Below the pieces are notes generated by a model. The model was given only the letters and a program-made list of their open reading frames with translations, was not told the DNA's origin and did not search any database. Positions 61,846 to 64,000 of a stretch of 64,000 bases of DNA are shown in pieces; the stretch's first letter is position 1; each line of letters opens with the position of its first letter. The stretch comes from an uncultured Actinomycetes bacterium. Its GTDB lineage: Bacteria; SZUA-79; Acidulodesulfobacterales; Acidulodesulfobacteraceae. The stretch is taken from assembly GCA_964631685.1 (NCBI GenBank), contig CAZVZU010000002.1:1-64000 (forward strand). Reading direction: 5' to 3'. Both the position numbers and the translations under genes were made by a program.

Positions 61846-63369
61846 CTAATCAAAATTATCTGCAAGGTTAAATGCCTCTATTAAGGGCTTCAATTTACTT
61901 TCAGTTTCCATAAATTCGTTTTCCGGCGTAGAGTCATATACTATTCCCCCTGCCGCCTGAATATATGCGGCATCTTCTTTGAATAAAGCCGTCCTAATAG
62001 TTATGCAAAATTCCATTTTTTTACATCTGTTATCTTCTAAAAATCCAAAATATCCGACGCCTCCCGCATAGACACCCCTTTTTGAATCCTCAAGCTCGTT
62101 AATTATCTCCATAGCTCTAACTTTTGGGGCACCCGTGACAGTACCGGCAGGATATGTAGCTCTAATTAAATCAAATCCATCATTATCTTGTTCAATTTCC
62201 GAAATTATACCCGTGACAATGTGTTGAACATGTGAATATTTCTCAATATACATAAGCTTTTCAACCTTTACAGACCCTTTTTTAGAAACCCTGCCTATAT
62301 CGTTTCTTCCCAAGTCCACAAGCATAATATGCTCTGCCCGTTCTTTAGGATCGTTCAGTAACTTACTTCCAAGATATTCATCTTCGACGACATCCTCACC
62401 ACGTTTAATTGTGCCCGCTATAGGCCTAGTTTCAATAAAATTCCCTTCAAGTTTCACTAAGTTCTCAGGTGAAGATCCTATGACAGAAAAATCATTTATT
62501 TTAAGATAAAACATATACGGTGAAGGATTTATAAGCCGTAATGCCCTATAAAAACTAAACGGACGCGGCGGATTCAATATTTTTTTTCTTCTTGAAATTT
62601 GAACCTGAAATATGTCTCCTTGCAGTATATATTCTTTTGCTTTTAAAACCTTTTGTTTGTACTCGGGAAAATCTATTTCATCAATAATTTTAACACTAGA
62701 ATGATTTTTATGAACCGATGTTGCTTTAAGCGATCTTTTCCTGATTAATGTGGTTAATCTGTTTATTCTATCCAAAGAAGACTTATATTTATCTTCAATG
62801 TTATCTTGTCCTGAATTGCCCCTGAACAAAAATGACACAACCGTAATTACTTGGGTTATAGCATCAAAGATTATCATATCCTGCGGAAGCATAAAAAAAA
62901 GATCATAAACACCCGTGATATCTGATTTTAGGGGGGGGAGCTTCTCTATGAGACCGCTCATTTCATAGCTGAGATAGCCAAATAAACCACCGGTAAAGGT
63001 TTTGGGAAGATTTTTTTCATATAATTTAAAATTTGATAAGACTCCTTTTAAATACGAAAATATATCTTCGTCCAGATCATTAATATCAATATTATTGGAA
63101 AGTCCGGACTTAAAATGACCAAAATCAGAAACGTTCAATATGTTTTTACTTAGGCTAACTGTTAGAAAAGGATTTAAGCATATAAATGAATATCGTCCCC
63201 ATTTTCCTACACCTTCCGTACTTTCAAAAAAAAATGCGTAAGACTCCTCATGAAAAGAAGAAAATATGGACATCGGGGTATCCATATCCCCGTTTATCTC
63301 TTGTACTATTGGGATTACATTGAATGCATCAGGAATTTTTAGAATATCCTCAATACTTATCATAGGCAT
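61846..63369 (-). CDS. trpE: Anthranilate synthase component I
   Basis: NPSPYM, PIAGT, AEHIMLVDLGRND, GAPKVRAM. Confidence 0.94.
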   Translation of the reverse strand: MPMISIEDILKIPDAFNVIPIVQEINGDMDTPMSIFSSFHEESYAFFFESTEGVGKWGRYSFICLNPFLTVSLSKNILNVSDFGHFKSGLSNNIDINDLDEDIFSYLKGVLSNFKLYEKNLPKTFTGGLFGYLSYEMSGLIEKLPPLKSDITGVYDLFFMLPQDMIIFDAITQVITVVSFLFRGNSGQDNIEDKYKSSLDRINRLTTLIRKRSLKATSVHKNHSSVKIIDEIDFPEYKQKVLKAKEYILQGDIFQVQISRRKKILNPPRPFSFYRALRLINPSPYMFYLKINDFSVIGSSPENLVKLEGNFIETRPIAGTIKRGEDVVEDEYLGSKLLNDPKERAEHIMLVDLGRNDIGRVSKKGSVKVEKLMYIEKYSHVQHIVTGIISEIEQDNDGFDLIRATYPAGTVTGAPKVRAMEIINELEDSKRGVYAGGVGYFGFLEDNRCKKMEFCITIRTALFKEDAAYIQAAGGIVYDSTPENEFMETESKLKPLIEAFNLADNFD

Positions 63370-63599
63370 AACGTGGAGGATTTTATCACACTTTTAATCT
63401 TTATTATAATTTTTCACCTATGCCGTAAATCGTATTGAATCGGGGTGAATAAGCTTAACTGCATTATCGCACCCTGCAATGGTCAATTACGGCACACATA
63501 GACAGTTGCTCAAGCTAAAAGGCCTTTAAAATATGAAACCGGCAACACAAAAACGCTTCTTACCGCAATTTTAAACCTTGCGCTAAAAAATATCAAAAA

Positions 63600-63965
63600 C
63601 TATTTTTCTTTTTCTGCAACAAACTCTATGAATCCTATTGGGCTTAAATCTCCTGCCCTAAAACCCGTCTTGATAATCCTAATGTATCCACCCGGCCTAT
63701 CTTTATACCTCACTCCTAATTCTTTAAAAAGCTTAGTTGTAGCTTTCTTACTCCTAAGCCTAGAAAACGCCAGTCTTCTTTTCGCTACCGAATCTATCTT
63801 GCCTAGTGTAACTAACTTTTCTACATAACTCCTCAGAGCCTTTGCCTTAGGAAGAGTAGTCTCAATTCTTTCATGTTCTATAAGAGAAGAGGCCATATTC
63901 CTTAAAAGTGCACTCCTATGAGAAGATGTCCTATTTAACCTAGATTTTATTTTCCTATGCCGCAT
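63600..63965 (-). CDS. rplQ: 50S ribosomal protein L17
   Basis: [27 protein letters not shown]. Confidence 0.97.
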   Translation of the reverse strand: MRHRKIKSRLNRTSSHRSALLRNMASSLIEHERIETTLPKAKALRSYVEKLVTLGKIDSVAKRRLAFSRLRSKKATTKLFKELGVRYKDRPGGYIRIIKTGFRAGDLSPIGFIEFVAEKEK

Positions 63966-64000
63966 ATTATACTCCTACTTTTTCTCTTGTTTTAAAATAT

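Noticed and set aside
63370..63599. trp attenuator or leader peptide
   Set aside because: The short ORF found (MQLSLFTPIQYDLRHR) has no Trp codons, and there is no clear terminator/antiterminator or T-box

Overview
AT-rich bacterial chromosome segment. Gene content suggests a deltaproteobacterial-type anaerobe, possibly Ca. Acidulodesulfobacterium-like (inference). Positions ~1-8600 form a decayed accessory island at the 3' end of tRNA-Leu(TAA). Its left part is a non-canonical integron-like locus on the minus strand. A frameshifted SAM-domain tyrosine recombinase that lacks the IntI-specific insertion (3906-4748) is followed, in the same orientation, by a hairpin attI-like site (~3821-3890) and at least two complete gene cassettes: DUF3644/HEPN-like plus a decayed HrgA-like gene, and a DUF2075 nuclease-helicase. 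The cassettes are delimited by attC-like hairpins whose outer boxes are perfectly complementary only in the circularised cassette. The island also holds two further tyrosine recombinase relics and an intact hicBA module. The rest is mostly housekeeping: nfnAB between tRNA-Cys and tRNA-Leu, queD, mqnA, galT, purA/hisZ/serA, mltD, moeA, ntrC-like, purMN, ftsY, smc, rfbBD, lptD, folC, accD, trpEGDCFBA and rplQ. There is also a sulfur-trafficking cluster (triheme cytochrome, YeeE/YedE, two TusA, DsrE/F/H-like, exported rhodanese), flanked by a NemR-like TetR with a pentaheme lipoprotein on one side and CcdA/TlpA on the other. All calls come from manual motif reading; no database searches were run.
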